The position numbers and the translations under genes were made by a program. A stretch of 64,000 bases of DNA, taken from contig OX597829.1 of assembly GCA_951406725.2 (NCBI GenBank), positions 28,334,001-28,398,000 on the forward strand. The letters are read 5' to 3'. The notes beneath the pieces were generated by a model that was given only the letters and a program-made list of their open reading frames with translations, did no database searches and was not told the DNA's origin. This DNA is from Octopus vulgaris (taxonomy: Eukaryota). Below, in pieces: positions 28,895 through 41,854 of the stretch (the first letter of the stretch is position 1; every line of letters starts with the position of its first letter).

Positions 28895-29401
28895 ATTACA
28901 TGGAAAAATGCGAGCATGAAAAGCCATATTCTTAAGATTATAAACCTGGAAAAGTACAGGACAAGTTATTACACCTGTAAAAGTATAAGACAAGCTATTA
29001 CTTCAAGTAAAGTAAAGAATAAGAAACTTTTTACTTAAAATATTGCAACTAAAATTAAAATTTGAATATTAAAACTTATTTTATTATAGTTTACAAATAA
29101 CACTATACATATTTAAGTAGATTTTGGCTAATTTACTCCCTTAAATACAGAAAAAAGTGACTAATTAGACAAACTTACAAATTTTGTACAATAAATTTAA
29201 AAGACGAGAACTGTAAAGAGTGATAAATTAGAAGAACTAGCATTCTTTGCTGCAATATTTTAAGTAAAGTTTCTTATTCTTTACTTTACTAGAAGTAGTA
29301 GCTTGTCCTATACTTTTACAGGTGTAATAACTTGTCCTGTACTTTTCCAGGTTTATAATCTTAAGAATAGGACTTTTCATGCTTGCATTTTTCCATGTAA
29401 T
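28895..29401. repeat. Inverted repeat with ~150-bp arms (28895-29047, 29251-29401)
   Basis: Arms are reverse complements with few mismatches; ~200-bp spacer; lies in the MRPS12 intron. Confidence 0.9.
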
Positions 29402-29407
29402 GTAATG

Positions 29408-29440
<33 letters not shown>

Positions 29441-30172
29441 CTGTATGTACGTATGCATGTATGTATATAGTTCAAATTTACAGAAAACAAAAGATGAAGA
29501 CTGGTGAAGGAACAACAAGCAGGCGTATTAGTTTAGCGCTCGAGAAGAATGGAGGAAACTTTGACGTTTCAAGCCTAAACTTTTTGACAGAAAGGATTGA
29601 GAGGGAAACAAACAGGGAGAGAAAATAATGTGTAGGGATTAATGGTTCCACATGATGAAATGGCCGAAAGAAAGAGGCTGAATGGAAGGGAGATAATAAT
29701 GATGACCTGACCAAACTATGGTGCACAGAGTATGGTGAGTGTGAGTGCGTATGTGTGAATGGCACGAGTATGTGTACATGGGTGAGCTTAAAATTATGTG
29801 GGCCTGTGTGTGTGTGTGTGTGTATATGTATAAGAAACCTGTTGGAGTGATGTGTGTTTCATGTGTATGTGTGTGTGAATTGTGTGGAGTGATGTGTTTT
29901 TCATGTATTTGTGTGTGTGCATATATATCTATATACTATCAACTTCTTTCAGTTTCCTTCTTCCAAGTCCATTCACAGAACTATAGCCAAAGACACTTGT
30001 TCATGGTGCCATGCAGTGGGACAACCTAAAACCTGGCTGGGAAGTGTACAAATGTATATACATGTGTGTATGTGTGTGTGTGCATATAACATCAAAATGA
30101 TAAAATGGTATCTTTGCAAAAAAACATTTACAATAGTATTTAAAATCAGTACATATATTTTGGAAAACTTAC

Positions 30173-30245
30173 CTGAAAGTAATTTTGTATTGGTTTGAAA
30201 TAATATATTGGCAAAGTGCCGATATGCCACAGACAAGAAATTCAT
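30173..30245 (-). CDS. MRPS12: MRPS12 first coding exon (mitochondrial targeting presequence)
   Basis: Acceptor ttttttaccttaacag| at 30251, ATG 30245, MNFLSVAYRHFANILFQTNTKLLS+G, donor CAG|gtaagt. The phase-1 G joins GT at 21998 in frame (145 aa total); the peptide has no acidic residues, as expected for a presequence. Confidence 0.82.
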
Positions 30246-31072
30246 AATAAACTGTTAAGGTAAAAAAAAAAATCATTAATTTTTAGTAAGAATTAGAAAC
30301 AGTAATTTCTAAAAGACAGTATAAATGCTATTCCCACTGAATTAATTACAATTAATGCAAATGTCAAAATAAGAAATCATATAGAAAATGATGAACTGTA
30401 ATTTAATGCTGCTGTTATGAATAACAAAGACATAGGTGTGGTTGTATGATTGAGAAGCTTGCTTCAAAAACATAATAGAATTGGATTCACTTCAGGCAAG
30501 TGTCTTCTACTGTAACCCCAAACCAACCAAAAACCTTGTGATTTGGCTGACAGAAACTGAAAGAAGTCTATTGCATACATATGTGTGTGCATACATAACT
30601 CTGTGTGTGTGTATCTACTCTTGTCTTGACATTATATGATGGTCGTAAATAAGCATTATTATCATACATGTGATGATGTTCTTTTCTAGTCTTCCATGGA
30701 AGGAAAACATGTCAGGCCATGGGAAACAGGTGAGGCTTGAGAACAGGAAGGGCATCCAGTTGTAGAGAACCTGCCTCAATAAACCCTGTCTGACTCATAC
30801 AAGCTTGAAAAATGGATGTTAAGTCATGTTAATAATGTTGATGAAAAGTGACCTTAATTACCATCATACATGCATGCATGTACCTCATGCAATTTGAACT
30901 CACCACTTAAATGCATTAATATATAGTAATATAGGTTCATTTTAATGTAAGCCATAAGCATTTCGTCAGACAAAGTCTTCAAAAGTGCTGACTGAGGACC
31001 CAGCTTTCATTTTCAAAAATTTCCTTTTACTTTCTCTCTCTCTCTCTCCACATACACACATACCTAAGTGAT

Positions 31073-31125
<53 letters not shown>

Positions 31126-32949
31126 CATATACGAGCAAAACGCCCCCACCCGTCCAATGGACGGTGCTGAGTTGTCAAACATTTAAACCAAATTTTCTCC
31201 AAACAACTTATCTGACTGTCCCATTTTGTGGCATTATTTCAACCCAGGCGGCTTTTTTGCACAAACTGCATGTGCATTTTTCTTGCATATGCATAGTATC
31301 GATTGCAACAGCTGATGTACTTGCACATACAAATGCACATTCCCATGGCTTTATCGATTGCATTCTCACCTGGAATCGATTTTTGTAACTTTTTCAAGAT
31401 TTATACACGCCCTGATACTGTCGGTATCTACAAATCAAAATTGAGCGCAATCAGATGGAGAATGCCCTAGATCCTAGAAGACACATACACAGACAGACAG
31501 AATGGATTTTATATAATAGATATATATCATCATTTAATGACCAGTGGTATGGGTTGAACAGTTTGACAGGAGCTAGCCAGCTGAAGGCTGCTCAGGCTCC
31601 GTGTCTGTTTTGGCATGGTTTCTACAGCTGGATGCCTTTCCTAATGCCAACCACTTTACAGAGTTACTGGGTGCTTTTCATGTGGCATCAGTATAGGTGC
31701 TTTTTACACCAGCACCCATGAGCCTGCAAAATTGATATCACTCAGCTGAAGAGGGATGCAGGTGACATACCTGTATGCAAGGACAATTACAATTTTACTA
31801 AGATTAATATGTCTTCTCAACCACAGCAAACAGTCAGAAGTCTTGGTCTCTTGTCATCCCCTGTGTGAGGACCAACATCTGAAGATCCTTTCTCACCACT
31901 TTGTTCCACATCTTCCTGGGTCTGCCCCTTCTACATGTTCTCTCCGCAATTAGAGATTGACACTTCTTGATGCAGCTGTTCACATCCATACACATCACAT
32001 GACCACACCAGTGCAGTCTTCTCTCTTGCACGCAACATGATGCCCCTTATACGTAGTTTTCCTTTTAAATCATTAACATTGTCAAATGTGCACAATGACA
32101 TTACCCACCCAGTGGAGCATGCTGGTTTCATTTCTTTCAAGCCTCCACATGTTCTTAATAGTCACGGTCCATATCTCAATGCCATCTCCCATGTAACATA
32201 GCTGTACGTACATAGGCATCATACAATCTGCATTTCACTCTGAGTGAGAGGCTGTTTCTTTCTAATAGAGGTAGCAGCTCTGAACTTTGCTCAACCCATT
32301 CTTATTCTAGCAGCTATACTTTCAGATTTACATACATACATACATATATCATCATTTATTGTCCATTTTCCATGCTGGCATGAGTTGGACGGTTTGACTG
32401 GGGACTGGCAAGCCAGAAGACCGCACCAGGCTCCAATCTGATCTGGCAATGTTTCTACAACTGGATGCCCTTCCTAACGCCAACCACTCTGAGAGTGTAG
32501 TGAGAGCTTTTTAGTGCCACTGGCATAGGAGCCAATCAGGCAGCAATGGCATTGGCCACATATATGTAAATATATATTTATATGTATACTATATAAACTT
32601 TCATAAGGGCTGATGATGTGTTGTAGCACTTTTAGTCCTTTATACAGTGTGTGGTGTGGTGGACTGAAGGAATTGGTGGGTGAAAAACATGGTCAGTCAT
32701 CAAGGATACCTTGCATCAAAAATGACAACTTAAAGAATGTAATATATATTATCATCATCATCCTTGAAATCATTTTAACATCATTTTTCTGTATATGAAG
32801 AGTTCAGATGGAATTCATAATCAATACCTTCCTTGTTGCCAACTCTCAACTTTGTGACAGTGATGCTTGATTACAACTGTTGTATGATGTTAAGACAAAG
32901 GGGCAAAAAACACTCTCTCACTGTCTCTCTCTCTCCATATATATATATA

Positions 32950-33330
32950 CTAGCAGTATCGCCCGGCGTTGCTCAGGTTTGTAAGGGAAATAACTATAAA
33001 GCATTTTTAGAGAGTTATAGCCAAAAAATAGCCAAAAAATTGAAAAAAATGATGGTAAATTTTTTTGAGAGTAAAAAAGGTGGAGTTGCGTCCCCTAGAC
33101 AGTTTGCGGTTTGTGTTTCTGATTCTCGACCCCATGTCGAATTTATCGATTTTTTTCAGAACTGGGGAACTTTTCAAAATTTTCGCTGCGTTAGTTTTGA
33201 ATTATGACATTGGGCTATGTGTGTGTCAAGTTTCATCAGAATCGGTTGAAAGCCGTGGTCAGGGTGAGGGTACAAGCAAACAGACACACAGAAACACGCA
33301 CAGACAAACTGCCGTTTATATAGAGAGAGA
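32950..33330 (-). mobile_element. Non-autonomous Helitron
   Basis: 5' TC; 3' aaacctgagcaacgccgggcgatactgCTAG hairpin end; the same 3' end occurs on the element at 44895-45285. Confidence 0.75.
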
Positions 33331-34084
33331 TATATATATATATATATACACACACACACGGCCTACAACAGAAATTTGGCAAAGGCTGCTTTCGGGCATC
33401 AGGAAGGATGATGTCCTTTCAAAATCCAAAGTAGCTGTGAGAGTAGTCACGAGCTGTCTTTGGCTTTCCAGGCCCCTGACTGATACACTGGTCTATATAT
33501 ATATATAACACATCACTTAATATTTTGTGGATAAAGAATGCATCCACCTCATTATGTTATAAAATATATATACACATTACTCCAACAGAATGTGTTGAGT
33601 GCTACTTTCTTTTATTTGTTCACACACACACATTCTTTTACTTGTTCCAGTCATTTGACTGCAGCCATGCTGGAGCACCACCTTGAAAGGTGTTTAGTCA
33701 AACAAATCGACCCTGGGACTTATTTTTTAAGCTTAATACTTACTCTATCAGTCTCTTTTGCTGAACTCCTAAGTTATCGAGACCTAAATGAACCAACACT
33801 GGTTTACCAAGCAGTGGTGGGGACAAACACAGGCACAAAGACACACATACACAGATATATACATATTTCTAAGTATATATATATATATTTATATCAAAGT
33901 ATATATAAATGGTGCCATGATAGAGTGCTTGCAACACTTGCTTACACCTTGGATCTGGAAAGACACAAAAACATCATCACCAGGGGAAGGCAACAGCAAC
34001 AATTAAATACGGGAACAAGGGAGAGAAGCCAGTAAAGTCAGTAAAAACAATATATAGCTTGCTGCATGGATCTCAACCATGGTA

Positions 34085-34590
34085 TACGAAAGTGGACCTA
34101 TGGGAAAGACTGTAGTTTCCCCAGGTCGTTCATACAACCCTGAGGTCAGATGTGGTCTAGTGGTTTGAAAAGGCCAAGAAAATTATTATAATTGAACTCA
34201 CAGTCCTGTTGGAAGAGGGGTATGATGAGACTCATGAATGGAACTGCGCCAAATATGAGAGCTTTCTGCAGGTTTGCAAGGAGAAGGGATAACAGGTATG
34301 GTTTTTCCCAATTGAGGATGACTGTAGGGCATTTCCTACTCAGTCGGCATGGAAGATGCTTACAGCCAATGGAATGAGAGGAAAGGGGTGAATGGTGGCT
34401 GTGCACAGAATGGGAAATGTGGTTGAAAGAGCCTCTTGTTGGCTTTGGAGCAAGATATGAGTTAAGCTGGAAGCCAGGAGGAGATGAGGAGCAGTGACTA
34501 CGCCACCTCTGTTGACCCACCAACAGGAGGGTGTTATGGATCAGAGCTGAAACACCCAATAAACATTGGATACTGTCTGATGACATCAGT
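34085..34590 (+). mobile_element. Hero-clade (R2 group) LINE RLE domain remnant and 3' UTR
   Basis: FPQVVHTTLRSDVV*WFEKAKKIIIIELTVLLEEGYDETHEWNCAKYE...CKEKG*QVWFFPIEDDCRAF resembles the LRPD...IELTVPWEE...KY...PVEVGCRGF motif set. Confidence 0.78.
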
Positions 34591-34688
34591 TCCTCCTGGT
34601 CAAGGCTCCATTCACTTTGGTAAAAGGAAAAAGCATCTATTTATAGGCGTTATTAACACATGCCTATATATATATGACAGGCTCCTTT

Positions 34689-35037
34689 AAGAAAATTACT
34701 ATTTTTAAATCTCACAATGTGAGATATTCAGCAACGGTACTTTGTAGTAAAGATTGTTTGCCAAAATAACATGGCAGTCCTGGTTTAGGATGAATGTTGC
34801 TGTAATTTAGCTCTAGCTGAACAATTATTCTGCGCTGATGAAGGGAAATAACCCGAAAATCACAATACACAGATATTATTTCAAGCTGAGTGGGGGTGCT
34901 AGATTCCCTTGTTTGAAAATATAAGGACACAGATCATGTTGTAAAGCCAGCTGGAGACGATGCCTCCTGGGGCTAAATTACAGCAACATTCGTCCTAAAC
35001 CATGACTACCATGTTATGTTGGCAAACAATCTTTACT
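34689..35037. mobile_element. Fold-back copy of the ~350-bp hammerhead-bearing repeat, inserted in a SINE
   Basis: 34689-34811 and 34811-35037 are opposite-orientation parts of the same unit; motif at 34830-34872 (+); flanks aggctcctttaag / aggcttctttcag. Confidence 0.72.
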
Positions 35038-36691
35038 TCAAGGCTTCTTTCAGTTTCCATCTACCAAATCCACTCACAACGCTTTGGTTGGCTCAAGGCT
35101 GTAGTAGATGACACTTGCCATGCAGTGTGACTGAGCACGGAACCATGTGGTTGGGAACCAAGCTTCTTGCCACACAGCCAGGCTTAGTTGTAAACTGTGT
35201 GTGTGTTCCTAAAGAATAGCGTCGGAAATTATCTAGTGCACCAAAACTAGTCATTTCTGCTCCATTCCAATTTATGCTTATACAGGTTATTATACGCAAA
35301 TAGACATAAGAAGCTCACTGTGCGACCATGTGTCTTTGAGTTCAGTTCAACTATGTGATACCATGGGCAAGTAAATGTCGTCTATTACAGTCCTGGATTG
35401 ACCAATACTTTGTAAATTTGGTAGATGGGAACAATGCAGACGCTGGTCAGACATCAATAGAACAAGTACCAGACTTAAAAATTAAGTAGTGGTGTGGATT
35501 TGTTCGACAAAACTCTTGAAGGTGGTACACCAGCAGTCCAATGACAAACAAATAAACGTTTATACACATATATATAGGCACAGGCGTGGCACTGTGGTAA
35601 GATGCTTGCTTAACAACCACATGGTTTGGGGTTCAGTCCCACAACATGGCACCTTGGGCAAGTGTCTTCTGCTGTAGCCTTAGGCTGACCAAAGCATTGT
35701 GAGTGGAACTGAAAGATGCCCGTCGCATGTATGTATATATATATGTGTATCTTTGACTCTGTGTTTGTCTTACATTCGACAAATAATTTTCCAAGGCGGT
35801 ACCCTAGCATGGTCGCAGTCCAATACTGCAACAAATAATATATATATATCCTTTTAGTGTTGACTGTCGAAAGAAAAAATAGTCGATACTATAATAGGTA
35901 GGGATTAAAAATATCCTTAATTTGTCGAGCCAGTAGGTCTCTTGCTACTCTGAGTTTCGTCTATGGGTGCACAGGATCTTCAAGCAAGAAACTAATTCAA
36001 ACAGAACACACACATATATTTAAATGTCTTCGCAAAAAAATACACGATGCACTCTAGAGTCGTTATTTCACCACAAGCGCTTGCACGTGCAAATACAGGA
36101 GATATAATGTTGCATAAATAATTTGAATTCTTATCTGCTTATATTTTAAAAAATATAAACATGTACTTTCTTTGTTTGATCCTACATTACTCTTCATTTT
36201 ATATAAATTATTTTAATTACAATAATGTAAACAACGGCAAAGGTAGTAAATTTGGTTACAAATGTTTAAAAACTGCTAACGTTTTATAGATACAATTTCA
36301 ATTAATGTTGAAAGGTAAATGGAATTACATGAGATTAAATAATACATAGAAGGAAAAAAATATCAATTTGAAATGCACAATGTTAAATTAGAAGTTAATT
36401 ACCAGACAGCGGAAAAGCCAAACAACCGAATGACTTTAATGTCACCTTTGTATACGAAAGTAAGGCATAAAACATGCAATATAAAAAATAATCATTTAGT
36501 GTTGTTACTATTTGAAAATGTTCAAAATAAATAAAGAATTTTATTTATATATTTTATAAGACACAATTCAATAAAATAAACTTATATACATTTTCATAAC
36601 TTCCGGAAAGTAAGTATTGTTTAAAAAAATTGGTTGGTTTTTGTAGACCTTTGAAAGTTTCGTATTTGTACGGAGCAGTCAATGAGAAATA

Positions 36692-38254
36692 CCGTAAATC
36701 CGCCAGTATACTACGCAGGGGATTTTTAGGGGGTTGTACCTCTGTAAAAACCTAAACCTTGTGTGTAATACGCACCCCTTCTCTAACTTGAGTCAAGGAG
36801 GTCTATATAACGTCCTTGGTTTGTAAAAACGTCCTTTATTATTATTGTATATATAACATAATGCAAACGTGTATCTTTTTTGTGCATTTTGTTTGCAAAA
36901 AAGAAATAACAGTAATAACGTCAGTGAAAAATAAATATTAAGTAAATTGCCTTTACATATTTATCACTATAAGTTACAAAAGCAAAAACATTTATTAAAA
37001 TCCTTCAAATTCAACGTCACTTTCAGCATCAAATAACTGTTCCATTTGTTCCTCTTTAAACATGTCAGCATCATTGTAGTGTAAATCTCCGTCATCGTCA
37101 GATTCATAGTCAACATCAGAAGACTCACTTTCATCTTTCCATACAACGTCATCCTGAGTGCCATCCACTACAGACGATATACAATATTCGATAAAATTTT
37201 TCACAATAATCTGGGAATCAAGTTCATTCCATGCGTACCTGATCCATTTGCATATCAAAGTCAGGTCGGGAGCGCGAACCCTTCGACTTTTAGCGAACGA
37301 CTTTATGCCTTGACATAAAGTTACTGGCCCAGCCACGTGATGCTTTAAATTCTGATTCATTAAGTTTTATCTTTTTAGCAATGAGTTTTGCCTGTAGTCT
37401 CAAAAGTACTGTATTAATGGCTATTCCACCAAATCTTCTTTCTTCTACCCATTCAAGCAAAATTTTTTCAAGCTCAGGATGTTTGGCTTTTTTCCCCCTT
37501 CTTGCCTTCTTTATCTTTGGCATCTGTTTAATTTCATCTTTATTTCTTCTCCATAACCTGACATTGCTTTCGTCAACATCAAATTTTCTTTCGGCGGCCC
37601 TATTACCATGCTTTTCAGCATATGATATAACTTCAAGTTTAAACATAGCTGAATAAGATCTACGAGGCATTTTATGGGCATGTAATGTATAAAATGTTTT
37701 ATTGAAGTTTAATGTACAGGTTTAAGTTCCAATTATAAAAAACCCTAGTAAAGACCCACAGTAGTTCAAACATTTAATACAGGTATTTAATTTAGTATCT
37801 ATTGTTTGCCACGGTAATGATGCAAACTGCCAATACAAACAGCAGGATAAACTACTTAACGCTAAACTATTAAGCCAGCAACACCAAGTCGAACAAACAC
37901 TTCCGCGCATGCGTACTACAATGATGGTGATGTTCTTAACTGTTACATGGGAATGTAAATATGTTTGCAAATTATTATTGTTACATGTTATTCTGTGATT
38001 TGAATACTTTTATTTTAATAAATGTTGCTTACTGCAAGTTATGGATGATTCTTTTATGCCTTCATTGCTTAAGGTATTTTCGCGCCCGACATCACTAAAA
38101 TTCGTCTGAATAAAAACATTGCCGGACAGCAAATAGAGACTCGGACATTGCTTAGAAAATATTTTTCATTTTTAACCTCGTATATAGTACGCATTAGGGA
38201 TTTTGACCTTTAAATTTTGGGGAAAAAATGCGGATTATACTTGAGGATTTACAA
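36692..38254 (-). mobile_element. pogo-superfamily (POGK/Passer-like) DNA transposon with DDE core deleted
   Basis: TA-flanked TIRs ccgtaaatcc / ggatttacaa; ORF 37290-37670 carries a Brinker-like DBD (MPRRSYSAMFKLEVISYAEKHGNRAAERKF) and CENP-B HTH (FKASRGWASNFM); the C-terminal AW...CISS..DGTQDD and acidic tail follow out of frame. Confidence 0.9.
37290..37670 (-). CDS. Truncated pogo transposase, DNA-binding domains only (126 aa)
   Basis: Open from ATG to a stop created at the deletion junction; expression unknown. Confidence 0.45.
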   Translation of the reverse strand: MPRRSYSAMFKLEVISYAEKHGNRAAERKFDVDESNVRLWRRNKDEIKQMPKIKKARRGKKAKHPELEKILLEWVEERRFGGIAINTVLLRLQAKLIAKKIKLNESEFKASRGWASNFMSRHKVVR

Positions 38255-38558
38255 TACATTAATTTCTGATAATGACACCAGACTACAAATTTTATTGGTT
38301 TATACAGGCATTTATACTAATTTTATCGACTGCAGGAGGATGTAAGGCAAGATGACTTTGCTGTGGCACGAAATCAGAAGTTAAGCATGTGTAGCTAAAT
38401 ACTGCTAAAGTATTTCTCCTAAGTTCCAATTCTCTCAGCTCACTGCCTTTCAATGGTAGCAATATGAAAAACTTCTATCTTTAATAAAGTTATGAAAAAA
38501 TTTTTGGTAATCTGGCCGAATTCAGAGATCTTGTACGCCAGTACAAAATGGAAGCAAC

Positions 38559-38967
38559 GGATCTTTTCGGTTTGAACGGCAGTTTTTAACACAATTTCTA
38601 GGTAACTAAAAAATTTTAAACTTCGTATACTGGTAGAATGTGTTTATAAAACATCTTTTCTCTTGGCTTCATTGAGAAAATTCTATTATTTGTAAGATAT
38701 TTGTTGTTGTTTTTCTTCAATTTCTGCAATTTCAACCAATCAATGACGTCTATTGAGGTAGAAAACATTCTGTACCGTATGAATATGTCCCTCGTTTAAG
38801 AAACAGATTGGGTTTATTTACATTTGTGAAGAAAAAAAGATACCCTTCCCCTAACCCTAACCCTTAAAGAGATTGAAATGCAATAGATCGATTCTAGGGT
38901 CATAATTATGGGTGACAATTTCATATGACACCGCTAGAAAAAACTGCCATTCAGACCGAAAAGATCC
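38559..38967. mobile_element. MITE with 28-bp TIRs and probable 8-bp TSD (Merlin/hAT-like)
   Basis: ggatcttttcggtttgaacggcagtttt / aaaactgccattcagaccgaaaagatcc; flanks gaagcaac / gcagcaac. Confidence 0.8.
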
Positions 38968-39299
38968 GCAGCAACTTTGCAGCCGACGCTTATCACAAAA
39001 ATTGTATGTAGGCACAATATTGTTATAATTAAGGAATTCTAGCATTGCTTACGCAAAGTTACTGATAATGTTTATGAAAGTGACTTGATAAACGTTTTAT
39101 AGCATATTCTATATGAATTCTAATGTATAAACATTATACATTAGAATTCAAGGATTCTAATATTGCTAAGAATCATTGACTGCTATGTCACTTCGGTATT
39201 GTACCAGAGGTCAAGTTCAAATGAAAACATCCATATTCAGCAAAATTACCTTAAATCTATTACATCTATTTATTTAAAAATAAAAAACATCTTTAAAGA

Positions 39300-39620
39300 T
39301 TATTGCTGCATGCTATCACACCTCCAGTGTTGTCAGCTTCCAGCCCAGGCTCTATTTTTCATCAGACTGAGAAAAACAAATTGTCACATTATCAATCTCT
39401 TTCTGATAGGTTTATGGTCAAACCTGTGGCAGTTGAGATCTCTGACATTCTTGGCCCAGACCATATCCCTGCTCACTGCTATCGGGGCAGGGACTGCTTC
39501 CTGCAAGTGTGAGACCCGCAAGTTAGAGTGGCTGTTCCAGTATGTCTCCTTCGCTATCCTCTGAGGCAACTCCTCTTCCATTTTATCTGCTGATGCCATG
39601 AGAAATGTTTCTATATTGTG
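39300..39620 (+). mobile_element. CRE-clade LINE RLE C-terminus remnant
   Basis: SASSPGS...EKNKLSHYQSLSDRFMVKPVAVEISDILGP / LLTAIG...ETRKLEWLFQYVSFAIL*GNSSSIL resembles the PxAVETxG...WLFQRISLAIxRGN motif. Confidence 0.7.
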
Positions 39621-40159
39621 AGAGGCAAGATTCTCCATTAATTCAGATGAAAGCTAGGCAATAATTATAAATTTGTTGAATATTTGTTTATATTGCTAGA
39701 AATAACCTGGCATGTAAGATTATGGTTTTGATTCCTCAGACAGGCAATGCATTGTGTTCTTGAGAGCTAAACACTTCATTTCATGTTGTTCCAGCTCAAT
39801 CAGCAGGCAAAAAATGAGTAATCTTGCAATGGACTGGCTTCCCATCCAGGGGGTAAATATATACACCTACCACAGAAACCAGGAAACTGACACTATATGA
39901 CTTGGGGAGGATCTTTATCCCTTCCTTTTTTCTCAACCCAAGATGTACAATGATACAACTTGCACTTCTTTGATGACTCATTAGCAAAAATGTAACACTG
40001 CTATATTATGCTTTACCCCGCTTCCCTATATCATATTTTCTGAACAATAATCAGTAAAGTTCTATATTTATATAGGCCCACAGGCATATGGCATAGTGGT
40101 TAAGAGTGCAGGCTACTAACACCAAGATTCCAAGCAGTGACCTGAACACTAACAATAAT

Positions 40160-40320
40160 AATAATAATAACATCAAAAAATACCTTAGGAATGAGAACCC
40201 AGGTTCGAAATTTCCCCAAGACACCTGAAGAAGGCTGAAGGGTATATCAGCCGAAATATTGTGTTAACAACAAACAAGATGAGGACAAATATCCGTTGAA
40301 TGTAAATAATGTAATAATCA
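40160..40320 (+). mobile_element. Penelope-like pseudo-LTR with minimal hammerhead (40220-40265)
   Basis: GACAC CUGAAGA A GGCUG aaggguauau CAGCC GAAA U AUU GUGUU; same family as 62765-63090. Confidence 0.75.
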
Positions 40321-40749
40321 GTATTCCTGAACTTGGCACTTACAAGTATTTTTGTATTGTGTTATCTTACTTATCCTTTAATTTCCCACACAGCTACTCT
40401 TGTAGGTCCCCAATGTCTTGAGTCAACATGGTTACTATTTTGGCTGTACCTTACTTGACCAAATGTAATGCATAAATTGAAAGTTCTTCACATCTCTGTA
40501 CTTGGTCAAAACTAATCATTGTATGGGAAACAGATTTTGCAAACCATTGGTTAATGCTTACACCGGTTTCAAATTTTGGTACAGAGCCAGCAATTACGGA
40601 GAAGGGGCTAATTGATTACATTGATCTCAGTGTTTAACTGGCACTTATTTTATCAACCCTGAAAGAATGAAAGGCAAAGTCAACCTCAGCAGAATTTGAA
40701 CTCAGAATGCAAAGACAAGACATGCTAATAATTCTGCCAACTTGTTGTC

Positions 40750-40940
40750 TTTTTAACACATAATAACATCAAAACCTGTAGCACTTCAATTTTCCTAGAT
40801 ATTCCTCGAACCAGTTCCCAGCCTGTGGAGTTCTTTAAAACTCTTGAATCTCATGAGGTCCACAAACACAAAGAACAACATTTTATCTTCAACCTGTGTA
40901 CCTTTGTAGCACCTGGCTTTAATATAGACCCCAACTTCCT
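40750..40940 (+). mobile_element. Penelope-like GIY-YIG endonuclease C-terminal remnant
   Basis: HKHKEQHFIFNLCTFVAPGFNI resembles the R..EQ..IFxLxT..PxGLN PLE terminus. Confidence 0.6.
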
Positions 40941-41854
40941 ATGATTCTGCTCTCCAGCCTCTTCTTATTCAGCATTTAATTATTTGTGTTGGCTTTATAG
41001 GCTTGGGAACAGGGTGTACAGAGGGTGCGAGTGCATCTAAAATTTGGGCAGGAGTGCACAAAGAAAATGCTTTGAACATGCCTGAAAAACTTAATCATCA
41101 AGATGAACAGGCACAGAAACATTTTGGACTGATTCGAAACATTATTTTTCCATTATTGGATTTATCTGATTTGATTATTGTACAAATATAAATTTTGGAC
41201 CTGATTTAGTTCCCACACTTATGGTTGGCTTATGTCCTTTATTTTTTGCTGCTGTGTTTTAATTAGCTATGTCTTGTAATTACAAACACTCCTTCCCATT
41301 TCAACTGACCTGGATCTTCCTGTAACTTTTTACCATCCTTCTCACAAACTTTACTTTCATTCTCATCACTCTTCTTCAACATAGTAACACCACTGCCCAT
41401 TCCTTTCATGCAGCCTCTTCTTTCACTATCTCCCCATTCTCACCACTCCACATTATTGATTCACCTCTATTTCCTTTGACTGGGCACTCCATTGGTTATG
41501 ACGAGTATTATTCCAGTTGTCTCCGATCATTGGAAGCTTGCTTGTGAAATTAACTTGCAAGTGGCTGAGCACTCCACAAGACACATGCACCCTTAACATA
41601 GGTCTCAGGAAGATTCAGCATCACACAAAATGTCACAAGGCTGGCCCTTTGAAATGCAGGTACTGCTCATTTTTGCCTGCTGAGTGGACTGAAGCAATGC
41701 AAAATAAAGTGTCTTGTTCAAGGAAACAATGTGCTGTCAGGTATTGAGCTCATGATCCTATGATCATAATTTGAATACCCTAACCACTTAGCCACATGCC
41801 TTTTCTCTAATCCCCCTTTGTATTAATTGTATTTCTCTAATCCCCCTTTGTATT

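Noticed and set aside
38848-38863. (CCCTAA)n as an interstitial telomere
   Set aside because: Only about two units, internal to a MITE.
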